Part shown: piece after piece, positions 38,735 to 52,699 of the stretch
How the letters are laid out: the number at the start of each line of letters is the position of its first letter
Numbering within the stretch: the stretch's first letter is position 1
DNA from: Octopus sinensis
Lineage: Eukaryota
Direction of reading: 5' to 3'
Length of the DNA: 64,000 nucleotides
Assembly (NCBI RefSeq): GCF_006345805.1
Contig: NC_043003.1
Coordinates: forward strand, 83,080,001 to 83,144,000
The notes under the pieces: generated by a model
Databases searched by the model: none
The model's input: the letters and a program-made list of their open reading frames with translations, nothing else
Told to the model about the DNA's origin: nothing
Program-made: the position numbers and the translations under genes

Positions 38735-39269
38735 TACATTTGTTATAAATAAAATTTATATAAAATACACAAGTTACAAGCAAAATCTCTGATTGGAGGA
38801 AGTAAATACTAATTGACAAAATTTCAAATTGGATCCACAATACCAAGCATTAATAATTAAACTATTGCTTCTGTTTATTATAAGACAATAACACACATAT
38901 AAGAGCAACGACTACTTTGACCATTAAATAACAACATGAAAGTTTGGAATCGCCGAAGAAAGATTTCGGACGTTTACTGTTCCAAGTAATCACAGACACA
39001 CAAAACAACATCCATACATATACTTATTATTGTATTTGTCAGGTAATTTGGATTTCCACTTGCGTTGACTTTATCGCGACGGTCTCGACTGCTGTCCTAT
39101 AATCGACCAGTTTTAAGAGTAAATTTATTCTGATATCTGCAAAGTGATATAACCTTACCCATTCTATTCAAAAACTATATCTGTTGCGTATATTTTCCTT
39201 AAGAGCACATCGAGCATATCAAAAACTTTTTATATAATGGAAAGTACCGTGTATTATTGTCAAGATATG

Positions 39270-39560
39270 ACGCCTAATCTTACCAAACTAAAGACCAACA
39301 TATAGAAAACTGAGTGAAGTGCTGTTATATATCAACAAACATTCCAACTACTCACATTCAATAATACAAAAACCTAATTAGCAGCATATGCCAGAGAAAC
39401 TTTGCCGTGTAACCCCGCAACCAAATGTCCGACCTAACTGCACCATTTCTCAATAAAGCCTTGAGAACTAGAGGATTAAAAGAACTAGAAGAATTCATAT
39501 CCAATGCACATAGAAAACCAGAAATATCACCTGCCTGAACCTACCCAAAATGTAACTTCC
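39270..39560 (+). mobile_element. Penelope-like element fragment
   Basis: LYINKHSNYSHSIIQK and TAPFLNKALRTRG resemble the PLE post-RT YIN..SNHP..I and AP.YN.AL..SG motifs. Confidence 0.5.
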
Positions 39561-40739
39561 AAAAATCTTCCTAAAATCTTCCTAAAATCTTCCTACAAAA
39601 TACATCACAATGTGTGTAAGAATAGCCATTTTTATTCAAAATTTTATCATGTGAGAAGGAACAAACACAGCTAAAAGCTGAAAACAATACAAGGTATATG
39701 CAATTGTTACTGCATTATTTACAAAATGAAGAATACCCTGTCTTTTGAAGCATATTTAGAACTATACGGAAATAATATATACATATACTCACACATGGAT
39801 GTGTATGGATGTGTGTGGATGTCTCTCTGTCTGACTGTCTATTATCGTGTGTGAGTGCATGTGCGTGTGTTCGATGTGTGTGTGTGTTCGTGTGTGGGTG
39901 TTTGTGCGAGTGTTTTATGAATGTGTATGCATGTGCTTGTGTATTGTTTATGTGAGAGTGTGTATCAATACAGAACAAATATGATTGCCTCTCGAAAGAA
40001 GGGAAATGTTATAACACATAAACATGTATAACATGTGTTTTTATATTTGTCTGAAATGCTGCTATGGTAACCTCTGATGATGGAACAATGACAGGAAAAG
40101 AAATGAATATATGACGACGTCAACAACAGACGCAACAATTAACATGCGGAAAGACAATGAAAATGTAGCGATATTACATATATCAAATACATCCACTACA
40201 TTTAATATGTCTGTGATAAAACATGTATATGATAAAGCAAATTTAGCGACATCAGATATCAAATAAGAATTTATGAAGTGGTCATAATAATTTTAGTGAA
40301 ACAGGATACGATGCATTAATCGACAATCAGAGACAAGACACATACTGTAACGAGAAAACAAGAAATGAGGAACCCGTATGACATAATCGGGAGGCGGAGA
40401 CAATATAGAGACTGAATCAGCCAATGAAACTCGATTCGATAACGAGACAATGATTTTATAAATGACCCAGGCATTTGTAAACAGAGCAAGCATAAATTTA
40501 CAAATTAAATGGATGCTACCAGAGTTTATGATATTTCACAAAATTAAAGGTCAACGAAATTTAGAAGGGTATACAAGAGAAAAAATACTGCTCTCATTTA
40601 TATAAAACCATATTTGATTACCGAAAATTAAGCAGCTGGAATATCGAAGTAACACGATATCCAAGTGACGAGAAAAGGAATTTAGTTTAAATAAACAGTT
40701 TACTCTCCAGCTTAGGTACTCATTTCCTCTATAAAGTGT

Positions 40740-40837
<98 letters not shown>

Positions 40838-42223
40838 GATAAATCTCAGAGCGAGTTATAAACAGTAGCGGCAACACATCGTGACGTATGTTTGTCATTT
40901 GAATATAGCTAACCCCTAAGGGTGGATGCTACTGTAGTTTGTAGCCCCAGGAAGACACCTCCTCCAGCTGGCTATAGACACACTTTCTGTGCCCTATCAG
41001 TATTTGTGAAGGGAAGTCATCCTTCCCGTCTTCAACTTATGATACACACCAAACACCAAAACTCGAGTTTCAAGGTATTGACCTGTCATCGGCGTGTGAC
41101 AATCATAGCTGTCGCCGAGAAGTCAGTTCTTCTCACAAATACATATACTTTTTCCAGTACCGATTGACACTGATATTGAAAAAGTTGAAGTATGTATTAA
41201 TCCACGTATACAGTAGATGGTCTTAATTTGTTCTGGATCTGTTTCGCACTGTGTATTATTAACCAACTGGATATTAGATAACAGCTCGGTTAAATTACAC
41301 CGAATGCTCTTCAGAGATTGCAGTTTTGGAAAATCCTCTAGCTACACAGACACAAACACACACACACTCTCACAGAGACACACACACACCACACACAAAC
41401 ACAAACACCCACACAAACACAAACACCAACACACATGCGCGTGTGTGAGTATGTGTGCGCGCGTGTGTGTGTATGTGTGAGTGGAATTGAGGGTCTCACG
41501 CCGTCATGCAACCATGTCCTGATTTTCGGCCTACGAATTCTGATTTACAGAATACAAGATACAAGTCGGATAGTACAGTGTATCTGGAATTGCTACACAT
41601 TTTTAATACACGGCAAGTATCCTTCAATATACTTCTTATCACTTTACTAATTTCATTTTTTATTTTGATAAATCCTAGTTTGTGCAAACTTATATACAAC
41701 TAAATGTGTAGCACATGCGTCATTGAGTGTACTTCTGTGTATAGGAAATTATATAAACACGTATGTAAATTTTCATATGCACGAATGCGTCTAAGTATAT
41801 ATTTACCACAGCAACAATATGTATCTGCGAGTGTTTACTTCTTTGCTCGCAGTGTGCATATTTTTTGTTACTTATATTTTTTGTTACTTTTGTTACTTAT
41901 ATTTTCACAACATATTCAGGCACATGTGTATTCCAAGGTGCATATATTCGTGTATTTAGATATTTGTGAGTATACACTCAGATGATGTGTTCATATCATT
42001 TGTTTAACTTGTATATAGGGTGTATTCGGTAAAGGCATGCACAAACACACATATACGTACACACACATATATAGATAGATACATATATACATACTTACAT
42101 ATAAATGCATGTAAATGCATATATCTATCTATATATGTGTGTGTATGTGTTTGTGAGCTGTGTGGGTATGTATGTGGGAGTTTGTGTGTGGGGGAGAGAG
42201 GTGAGAGTATATGTGTGTGCAAG

Positions 42224-42259
<36 letters not shown>

Positions 42260-42263
42260 ATAT

Positions 42264-42298
<35 letters not shown>

Positions 42299-42299
<1 letters not shown>

Positions 42300-43023
42300 C
42301 TTTATATATATAAAACTGAGAATGTGTGTCTGTCTGTTTGTGTGTTTCCCTAAAACTTGAAAACTACACAACCAATTTCATTCAAACTTTACACATGCCT
42401 TACTTAGGGTACATGTAGTTTCATGGGCAAAAGAAATGTTCAACTTCTTGCCTAGAGCGAGCCCATAGCAATATCATATCTTCTCCACTATTTCAGTATT
42501 ACGTGTTAAAAGTGAAACAAAAACATTTCTCTATTTTATGTCAGATGCTTTCACTTTAACAATAAAAAAATAATAACAATTGAATTATATGTAGTAAGTA
42601 ATAATTAAAATCAAACTAAAGTATAATGTAATCGTAACATAACAAAAGTAAAAATAGCAATTGGTATAAAATTGCATCAATGATTTGAACTTGAATAAGT
42701 GGTTTCACATGAATGGGAATAAATTAAATATAAAATTAGCGTGCAGAAATGGAATAGTCCAGATGGATAATAAAAAATTAAATTAAAGAAAAGACTATTG
42801 TCTATAAAGTATACAATGTAGAGAAAAAAGAAGAGCAAATAAATTCCAGTCTGTTATATATTTTGAGTATTGTTATCACTAGCGATATCAAGATATAACT
42901 TTGTATTTTGTATTTTATGTGTAGATGTATATATGTAGATGTACATGTAATATGTACACATATATATACACATATATACATCACTAGCACTATGACCCGG
43001 CAACGACGGGTCTTTAATGCTAG
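42299..43023 (+). mobile_element. Non-autonomous Helitron
   Basis: A|TC start (TCTTTATATATATAAAACTG), GACCCG/CGGGTC hairpin at 42994-43012, CTAG|T end, no TSD. Confidence 0.85.
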
Positions 43024-43235
43024 TATATATATATACATATGACAGCCCTTATGCTAGAAGTAGAACCGCTATGGTCTTACCACTAAGAAATGTTCCCAAG
43101 AAAAATTTAGCAAACACCAAAACTTAAGCGAGCAAGACAAATGAAAAGTCACGAAAATATTGATTATTCACATACATGTTTCACTATTAACAAATTACGT
43201 AATTTTCCTTACGTAATTCGTCCGTTATATAATAC

Positions 43236-43305
<70 letters not shown>

Positions 43306-43681
43306 GGATACTAATTCATTTTAATTTGAATACGGTTAAATTCTCTTTGCAGATGTTTGGTGTGATTGTTAAAATAATGTCATATCAAAAATTCTGGCAA
43401 AATTTAGAGAAGTGGTTACTCAGTAATTTTGTGCATTTTCTATATATTTTTCTTGTAGTACACGTGTAAGTAAGTATATATTTATGCATATACATGAACA
43501 CATGTAGATAAGCATACATAGATAACAGCTCGGTTAACTAACACCGAATGCGCTTCAGAGATTTCAGTTTCGGAAAAACCTCTAGCGACGCGCGCGCGCT
43601 CACTTACACGCACCACACACAAACGCAAATAAACAACCACGCAGACACATGTGTCTGTATATATATATATGTGTATATATA

Positions 43682-43744
<63 letters not shown>

Positions 43745-43768
43745 CATATATTTTGCATTATAACTCAC

Positions 43769-43990
43769 CACGTGGAATATTATAAAATTTTTTCCTCCCT
43801 AAAATGCCTGACTGTGAAAATGTTTGAAAATCGATGGAAGAATGTAGTACGGATGTTGCGAGTGAATGTAACCTCATGAATGCGACGCATGACGTATCTC
43901 AGGTATCAGTGGCGAGGCGGGGCTCGTGAGATACGAATTGAACCCACCTTCCCACTCCATCCGTCCATCTGACCCCAATCAGATTGTATT
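43769..43990 (-). promoter_or_regulatory. Candidate promoter / non-coding first exon
   Basis: A CpG-richer patch with TGACGT, GGCGGGGC and CCAAT lies at about 43890-43980. A consensus donor GTG|GTGAGT lies on the minus strand at 43769/43768. Motif evidence only. Confidence 0.2.
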
Positions 43991-44055
43991 GTCCCTTATC
44001 TATGTTGTCTCCTTGTGGAAAATAAAAGATCACACCGAACTCACCCCCACACACA

Positions 44056-44105
<50 letters not shown>

Positions 44106-44389
44106 CAGTAAGAAAAGGGAAGCAAAGAATTTCGATTATCTCACGTGTTGAGTTGTTATGCAACAAATATATATACAATAAAAGAAGGGAAATGCACACA
44201 ATTTACATAGTTTTAATATCTTTTTAATGTAAGAGTATTGTGGTTGTTGACCGATTTTGCTTTCGCTAATCATGACATTTAAATTGTAGTAATTTCGTAT
44301 TTTCTTCGGATTTTAGTCCATGTTCTTGTATGAAAGATTTTGAATGAATCAATAAGTAGAAAAATCTAATGGGAGGTAATTGGTGATAG

Positions 44390-45422
44390 TTATAACTCAA
44401 GAGAGGGGAAATAGTTGCTCATTTTTGGTGTGGGATAATTAAACATACAAAAGCCATAAGCTAAAGTAGTGAGATGAATTATGTACAGTGATGGATATGT
44501 GATCATGAATTTAAATGTGTACTGAAACAAAAGTTGGTTATGTGCTCTGTATTTTTCGATAAATAAATTTTGTTTATTTAAACGTTCCTGCACTGTTAGA
44601 TGGATAAAACTGTGAAATTTGGCTGAAGATTCCCTGCACATCTCTCTATGTGTTAACCCCCGTACTTTCGGAAACTGATCCGTTCGTTATGTAGTGTGGT
44701 TCTCTGTCGACGTGCCAGATTGTCTGTCCTATATAGTTATGTCCACAACATGAACTTGTTACAACATAAATTAAATTTTCCGATGCACAAGTGTACCTCT
44801 CTCTCTCATTGTTTGAACTGAAATTCCGAGCCTTGCAGTAGGCTGGGGCATGATCCACAGTTTGGATGTCTACATTTTATAACAGTTGGTTTTGTGGTTG
44901 TTGTGTAAAGCTTCGCATTTGTCAGAAGCCTTTTCAGCGACTTGGGTTGCTTTTACATTTGATGAATTTATATTTTCAGAATTTTGTTCATTTTTGGGTC
45001 TCTAGTGAGCATTGGTAGATTTTGTACAATATTTGTACAAGTATTTCCATATGACACAACTATGTAAATCCTTTTCGCTAAATTAAAGGGAATATTTCTT
45101 TTGATGTGTTTCGGGTGGCATGAGCTAAACAGAAGATATTCCATTGGTTTACAATAAATGTCAGTTACAATTTGGTTAGTGATTTTTTTATCAGAATATC
45201 TAAGAAAGGGAGTTGTTCTTTGCTATATTCCATTATAAACTGAATGTTAAGGTTTATACTATTTGGTATTGATTTAAATTCCAACATTTTATAAATGGTT
45301 TCATTCCAAATGATACAGCAGTCATCCAGATACCTTTTCTAGTTCTCCCTTATATAATGCTTAAATGGATATCTATATTTTCGCAGTGACACTTCATATA
45401 TGGTGAATTCTAAATAACCGAT
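44390..45422 (-). mobile_element. Penelope-like retroelement remnant (RT C-terminal half + GIY-YIG endonuclease)
   Basis: KRYLDDCCIIWNE, EQLPFLDILI, TDIYCKP..YLLFSSCHPKHIKRNIPFNLAKRI, then YTCASENLIYVVT...CGHNYIGQT. Confidence 0.9.
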
Positions 45423-45513
45423 TATTAGGTTTGCAGGAACAGGGGCTGCTTTCGTTTCCATCTCAATTCCGCATTTTTGTCGATAGTAGGTGTCATGAAG
45501 GATAAATTTAAAA

Positions 45514-45572
<59 letters not shown>

Positions 45573-46079
45573 ATGTGTGTGTATGTAAGTGTGTGTGTGT
45601 GTGTATGTATGTATATATATATATATACATACAGAGAGAGAGACATAAGTGTGTATTTTTATGTATGCATATGAATGTAAACCACCATGTTAATGTGTAA
45701 TTTTAAAAAACTCAGATGAAACGGTTTTCAGATTCAGTATGTATGCATGTATATATGTGTGCATGTACTTATACGTGCAGAGTTGTATATTTTGTTTTAT
45801 GTATGTCTTCTTATGCATGTACTTGCATGTCTAGACATGCTCATACATACTTGAATGATAAATTTCTGGAAAGTGTCACAGATTTTTACAGTTCCAAGGA
45901 GTGTTTGGATCTGTAATCTTCGAATCAGCTTTCCCCTTACTGATTTTGAAAGCTTAATTTCTCAAGATTGGTATGTAGGTAGTGTATTATATTTGCATGT
46001 CTCTTCTTTTTTTAATCATATAAATTCATCCTCTCTGGTTTGTAACAAATATACAAAGGTCCATCTTTGGAATGTAGAT

Positions 46080-47222
46080 AAGGAAACCAATGTCATATTT
46101 AAACCTAAGAAAAGTCTTGTATAGTTTTACTGTTTCCCTTACAGATCGTATTTGCAAAATGAGAGTCAGTTGGTTGATCGCTTTTTCTGAAAATCCAAGC
46201 GTATCCAGATTGACAGATATACATTTACTTACAAAGCCAAGTGCTCCAATTATTATTGGTATAAAAGTAAATTTGTAGGTTTCGAAGCAGTTATGCATAC
46301 TTAACTTTCCCTTTGATTTTCAGGGATATTCACATAGGCCTGTCGATATTACTATTTTTGCGCAGATTTCCAGTCGGCGTCAGAATCTTGCGGCTTTTAG
46401 TGTCTAAGAAGTGAATTTCTTCTACAGACCAGTCAAATATACCAAATTTTGAAATCAGCATTACTAGTGCAAATACATTGTGGGATATTGTCTTGTTACA
46501 AAAGGAGAGTTCAGACTGATATAATTTTCTTAGTCAGGTGTAATATTCTTGGGTCGCCCTAACTTTATTCACAGTACCTTCGTAATATATATTTTCATCA
46601 ATGCCTAGGTAATTGTAGCATTCTGTGTGGGACAGGAGAGATAGTGAGATTACTGATGCATAGATTTTGTGTCTGGGGGGACTGATTTTCCCCGTTCAAC
46701 AATCAAATAAGCACAATTCTTCTGGCCAAATTCGATTCCTGCGTCAGATGAAAATGTTATTAATTCCAGATGCTTTATAGCATTGTTAACATTGAGGTCA
46801 TCCACAAAGGAATTATGAGTTATATTAATATCTGTTGCAGGTGCAGATCCGAGAATGTAGCTGTTTTTGCAGATCCTAGAATGTAGCTGTTTTGGTTTTT
46901 TTATGTAGCAGGAATGATAATGGGTTTAACGCCAAAATGAACAGAATTAAAGAGAGATTATCTCCCTGGAATAAAATATTCCCTTTGAAATATTTATGGC
47001 ATTAGAGACAGTCGTTTCATTCTCTTTTCTAAGTGTGAAGATTGTTACCCAAGCCTTTTTGAGTCTCTCAGTGGCAGCAATTAAGGTAGCAGACACTTTC
47101 GCACAGTAGAAACACTTCAGCACCCGCGTGTGAGGAATAGAATCAAATGCCTTCCTATAATCAAGCCATACTGTTGTAAGGCTCTTACGATGATCTTTTC
47201 CCTCAGAGAATACAGCTTGTAT
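46080..47222 (-). mobile_element. R4/Dong-like RLE retrotransposon remnant with internal deletions
   Basis: LTTVWLDYRKAFDSIPH..ISKGIF (RT), GQKNCAYLIVERGK, YLGIDENIYY..YY.*LRKLYQSELS, and FIPIIIGALGFVSK (RLE C-terminus). Confidence 0.88.
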
Positions 47223-48884
47223 GTATGTATGTATATTTATATATACATACATCTAAAGAGATGTGTGTGTCTGTGTGTGTGTGTGATTGTATGCATGTAA
47301 GTATGTATTTATCTACGTATGCATGTATGTAGCCCAAAATTCATCAACTTCGTTTGTGTTAAAGAGAGAACGAATATGCTGGTGACATTTCTCCTTTCCC
47401 AATTTGCATGGACAGCGTATCATATGTTTACTCCAGTGTTTAGATGTCAGCTTACAAATACAGTTTATTGTGCTTTTATGCTTTTATGTATAACTCTCAA
47501 GCAGAATATCTACAAAAATTACATACACATAAAAGCATTGTATTCACGCTTTAATTACTAATTCCTTGGCGTCAGTTTTGTACTAACGTGCTAAAGTGAA
47601 GAAGTGAGACATCAAACATTGTGATCTTACTGGGTTTAGTTACATCTCATGCAAATATGTCACACTCATTCAATGCCAAATACAATTGCCTACGTTAATA
47701 CATACAAATATTCATCAAAAGCATGCTTTCAAGCATTCATTCATACATGCATGCATACACACGCAGAAATGGAGATAGAGCAAGAGAGACAGAAAGATAG
47801 AGAAAGTTCCAGTTGTGATTTTGTCGCCTGATAACTGATACGATAGATGCAACACTATAAGATTATAGAATGCATTTCATGAATACATTAATTCACTTGT
47901 GCTACTGCATATCTAATATATTGATTGATATGTACGGCTTGACCTGCTTGCAGTTTCGATGAGGGAAAAATATATAAACTTAGGCACTGTTATAATATAC
48001 AGTAACTTTCATTCATTAAACATCTTTTTAGGTTTTTCATACATCAAACTTATTGATACAATTTTTACTCATTATTTATCTTTTATCAAAAACTGCATTC
48101 TAAAAATGAAGATGTGGTTCTATTTCCTTTCTGCCTATTGTTCTCTTGTTCGTTTTTGTATTTCCGTTCGTTTCTATATAGTTTACTTCTTGTTTTAGCT
48201 TTTTCTCGCGTTTTCAGTTTTATTCTTTTCTTTGAGTAGCGGTAACTTTTAGTACAGAGGGAGTTTGTTTTGTACATATTTCATTTAGATACAAAATACA
48301 GCCGTTTCTTTTATGCAGAAAATATTTCCGCTGTGATTAAAATTGGAAATTTAGAAGGTATTGTGACTTTAGCAGAACCCGAATGTTGTCTTACAAACGT
48401 ATGGCTTTCTACAGTTCCTGCCACATGGAATCGCTATTTTTAACAAATATCACAACAAAAGGCACAGATCCATAAATCCTATGTGAAATTTCTATCGCTA
48501 TAAAATATGGCATGCCTGTTTGTGTTATATTAATTCAAAAATTCTTTTAAAAACCAAAGTTCAAAAAATGACCAGTTATTATGGGGTTTTTTTCCCATTC
48601 AGTAGAATGCCTTCTTTTCTTATATTTCTACTTTGATACACACACACACACACACATCATACAGGAATATACCCACATATATATGCGTACATAATATGTA
48701 TATGTATATAAATATATTATATATCTTTATATATGTTTCAGAGATGAAGGCTTTATGTTTATGTGGATTTGCGTCAAGTAATGACATTAAGTCTATTCAA
48801 ACTGCTATGGTTTGTTAATGGTAGCATTTGGTGGTGAACAACAGATCAAGATAATCTGAGTGCTTTTCTAACTCGAAAAATAAC

Positions 48885-49030
48885 AACACTTTACAGTCAA
48901 ATGCCTGTCATCCAACACCATGTGATGAGAACAATCAATGTTTTCTTCGGTGTTAAAAGTTGCAGAATGTCCAGTTCTTTGGCCGTCTTCAATATTCCCC
49001 CTTCTCCACTTAAATTTGGCTCCCCACTCT
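48885..49030 (-). mobile_element. Mariner transposase N-terminal remnant
   Basis: EWGAKFKWRRGNIEDGQRTGHSATFNTEENIDCSHHMVLDDRHLTVK. Confidence 0.75.
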
Positions 49031-49733
49031 TGCCCTATACAGTACTCTTGCACTTTATAATAATAGTACAGAAAATGATATTGCGCCAGCACCAGGTAGA
49101 ATTATTGAGTTGCCTTCTCTACAATTGAATGCTAACATCGCAATCAGCGTAGTAACATAGCTCTCCTGCATTCATCAAGTTACCTGTCATGCTTATTTGG
49201 TACCCAGAAGCAAGAAAACAAAACATTTCTCAAACCGAATGTAGTTGCGACCTCAATTCTTCAGTTTGTGTGAAAAGTAATGCAAGTTATTGTATGTTTA
49301 TGAAAGTCTGAGTAATTACAATGGGCGTCGTTAAATGATAACTAACATGTATGTGTTTGCGTATGCGTATGTGTGTGTGTTTGATGTATGTATGCAATTT
49401 ATGCATCTGTGTGTGTATGCATGTGTGTGTGTGAATATATAACAACAAATGGATTGTTTTTTGGTTATCATCCACCTAACTTGAAACCTGCATTTCGCAT
49501 TGATCTGGAGATTATTGGGTGCAGCGCAATGGGTACAGCGTTTGTACCCATGTGTAACCTTGATGACTCTTGTATATTCAGTCGACCACTTATGATTGTA
49601 CGCAGTACTTGGCTACAAATCGGTATTTACGTTAACAAAATACGTATTTCACTCCAAATATTATATGTACATGATAGCGGTATCACCGAGCTGACCTTCA
49701 ATGCTGGAAATTATATATATATATATATATATA

Positions 49734-50236
49734 CTAGCAGAGATACCCGGCGTTGCCCGGTTACATTCAATTGAAGAATTAGACTTTTCTGTTATATTTT
49801 CTGAAGGAACTGGAATATCTATGTTTCGAATTTCATCAAAATTGCAGATGAGGGTTATTTCCCTCTTTACACACACTAAAAAAAATTGTAATCGTGCCAC
49901 AGGGAAACCAAAAGACGAATGATCACAATAAGCAGTCAGTTACCCTACCCTAGTCGTTACCACTCCCAATGTAGGATTCCTCACCATCCAGATGACAAGC
50001 ACAGCCGTCAGATGCATTACGAATCTATAGCAATTGGAAGGACGTGACCCAACTGAAATCAACATTAACAACCGTGTGACGTGAGGGCTTAGGAGAAATT
50101 AAAGTGTCACCTCTGGAGTTTGCAAATGACCACTATACTGATACGTAACTGGACAGAATGAATTTAAAATCTATAAACGTCTTTGAATAACCAGTCACTC
50201 ATCTGGGAGGGCCTTGTAATCAATGTTACCATCTGG

Positions 50237-50296
<60 letters not shown>
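49734..50296 (-). mobile_element. Helitron-like element (3' end clear, 5' end tentative)
   Basis: Minus-strand 3' end ACCGGGCAACGCCGGGTATCTCTGCTAG|T. Possible A|TC start at 50296. Confidence 0.6.
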
Positions 50297-50298
<2 letters not shown>

Positions 50299-50374
50299 AG
50301 TATCCATCTTTATACTCTACTTAATGTGGATATATTGTTTAACAAATATATGTTAGAATAGCCTGATATCCAAT

Positions 50375-50720
50375 ACCATATGATGAACACGATCAATGTT
50401 TTCCTCGGTGGTGTCAGTTGCAGAACGTCTAAGTCTTTGGTAATTTTCAATATTCTTCCTTCTTCTCCTAAAAACAGCTGCCCACTCTTACACTGTTGAT
50501 AAGGCTGCAGCGTTATCTCCTAATATATCAGCTATATCAATATGAACGCCCTTGGAAGCTCAACCGTTTTCCTGCATGTTGTTGATAACAACAGTACGAT
50601 GCCAAATTCTTACCATTTTGAAAAGTCACGACTAGTTACTTTTGAAAGTCTTCAAACAGTCATATTTCAGTTTACCTGGAAAGGAACAATAGATTATAAG
50701 AACTGTTCAAATTAATGCAT
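50375..50720 (-). mobile_element. Mariner remnant, same family as 48885-49030
   Basis: LGDNAAALSTV*EWAAVFRRRRKNIEN..SATDTTEENIDRVHHM. Confidence 0.75.
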
Positions 50721-50832
50721 CCAAGATTTCACAGCGCAAGTATGAAGTCTTCATACTCACTCCATGAACTCGTGTGCTTGTATGTGTAAGCGCGTACGCG
50801 TTTGTGTTTTTGTATATATATATATATATATA

Positions 50833-50920
50833 AGTCCCGGGGTCGATTTGCTCGACTAAAGGCGGTGCTCCGGCATGGCCGCAGTCAAATGACTGTAACA
50901 AGTAAAAGAGTAAAAGAGTA
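50833..50920 (+). mobile_element. Family B SINE 3' fragment
   Basis: AAGTCCCGGGGTCGATTTGCTCGACTAAAGGCGGTGCTCCGGCATGGCCGCAGTC. Confidence 0.85.
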
Positions 50921-52699
50921 AACACAAACTTACATACATACATACACACACACACATATATGTATATACGTGTGTGTGGATATGTATGTATACGTGTATG
51001 CATACATCAGCGTGTGTATACACATATGTGCTTTTGTATCTGAATACTTGTGTCCGTTTGTGTGTGAAAATAAGTGAGTGATTTCCGAACGAACTGATCA
51101 CAAGTCCTTCTAAATGGAAAGTAGCAATTTTTTTCCTAATTCCAGAACCGACATTTACACTGTACTTCTCATTTATACGTTGAATGTAACTAAGTCAGAA
51201 AACAATTTTAAAAAACAAGTAAATACATGGTCAAAAAGCAAGTAATATATGGAAAACTTTACTGAAACACATCAGTATTGGGGAATGGTATAATTTTGTC
51301 AACGGACTCTGTGTAAAAAAAACTCAACGAATTAGAAGAGCTGCAAACAAATTGGCATGTATACAAGTCACTCACAAAATGTCAGGTGTATTATTTTCTT
51401 ACGCCCACTTACGCTCTATGTTCAAATTTCGCGAGCGTTAACTTTACCTTTCATTTTACCATACTTCATAAAATATTGATCAAATCAAGTACTGGATTTT
51501 TATATTGACTGTACTCTCCCACCAATGCTTGCAATAGTTACAGAATACTGCCTGTGGATAGTTTACAAAAAATGGTCGATGGCTACACAAGATCACTTAG
51601 TTTCGTGACTCAGAAATTCTACGTTCAAATCACGGTTTCAGATTCAAAACAAGCTTAGTACCGGTAATATAATAAGGGTGATTCCAAAACTAATATTCGA
51701 TACTATACTAAAAGCCACTGAGAGATCAGATTGCCTGTGCTATTTTTTTTACTTATTAGAAATATAAAGCAAATTTGTCACGAATTAAATCGTACTATCA
51801 GAAAAAAAAAAAAACACTGAATAACAACTTGCAGCCTATGTCTGCTGCTGACTATTGATCTAGAGATAAGAAAAGACCAGTCCTGAAAGAATGTTAATAT
51901 CATAATCCAATTATACAAAAAAGTATAAAATTCTTTTAACTCTACTGTACGAAATTGGGTTTAATCAGTTAAGAAGTCTTCCTGGATGTAGAGCGCTTGC
52001 GAAAATGTTATGACCACTGCGTTTACAATCCACGCTCTTAACAGAGTAAAACACTACATATGGTGTAAGGACTGCGACTACAAAGGGCATCCTAGAAATT
52101 TGACCACATATTTTCTGTTTCTTGCAAATTCACCCATGATAGTTGATTTACCGTTAATTGGGGTACGTAAAATACCACAATTAATTTTTTTTTTGTAATT
52201 ATCTCCAACATTTCGTATATGTTATTATGAAAACAATGCTTGTGCTAATATATTTTATGATAAACATTTTCCCCTACAATCTCTGCATCATTTTTGATAT
52301 AGATAATTGACCAAGGATAAACAGTAGCGATTCAACTAAAAATTCAAATCACTAGAAGTAAAAATATCAGTAACAGATTTAACGATGTGGAAAATTTCAG
52401 CAAAAAGAAGTTCAAATTTATTTGGACCCGCAAATATTGCGACAAATAAGTACATTTATTTCTGATGCCCCTAATAGTCATAATATTTAATAATTATTTA
52501 TTATTCATGAAGCCTAAATATCAAAGATACTTAAAAGTCAACAAAATTGAAGCTTAGACACACAATATCTTCAATGCTGAAATATACGAACAGATGTTTC
52601 CTAAATAGACATAAAATCTCACATAAAGCAGAAACCTGCAATCTCTACCCAAGGTAGTCAGTAAAAGCTTGGTTTTGGCATTAAAGTTTCAAAATTGAT

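Noticed and set aside
46843-46895. Two-copy ~27-bp tandem repeat GCAGATCC.AGAATGTAGCTGTTTT
   Set aside because: Ordinary local slippage inside the R4-like remnant.
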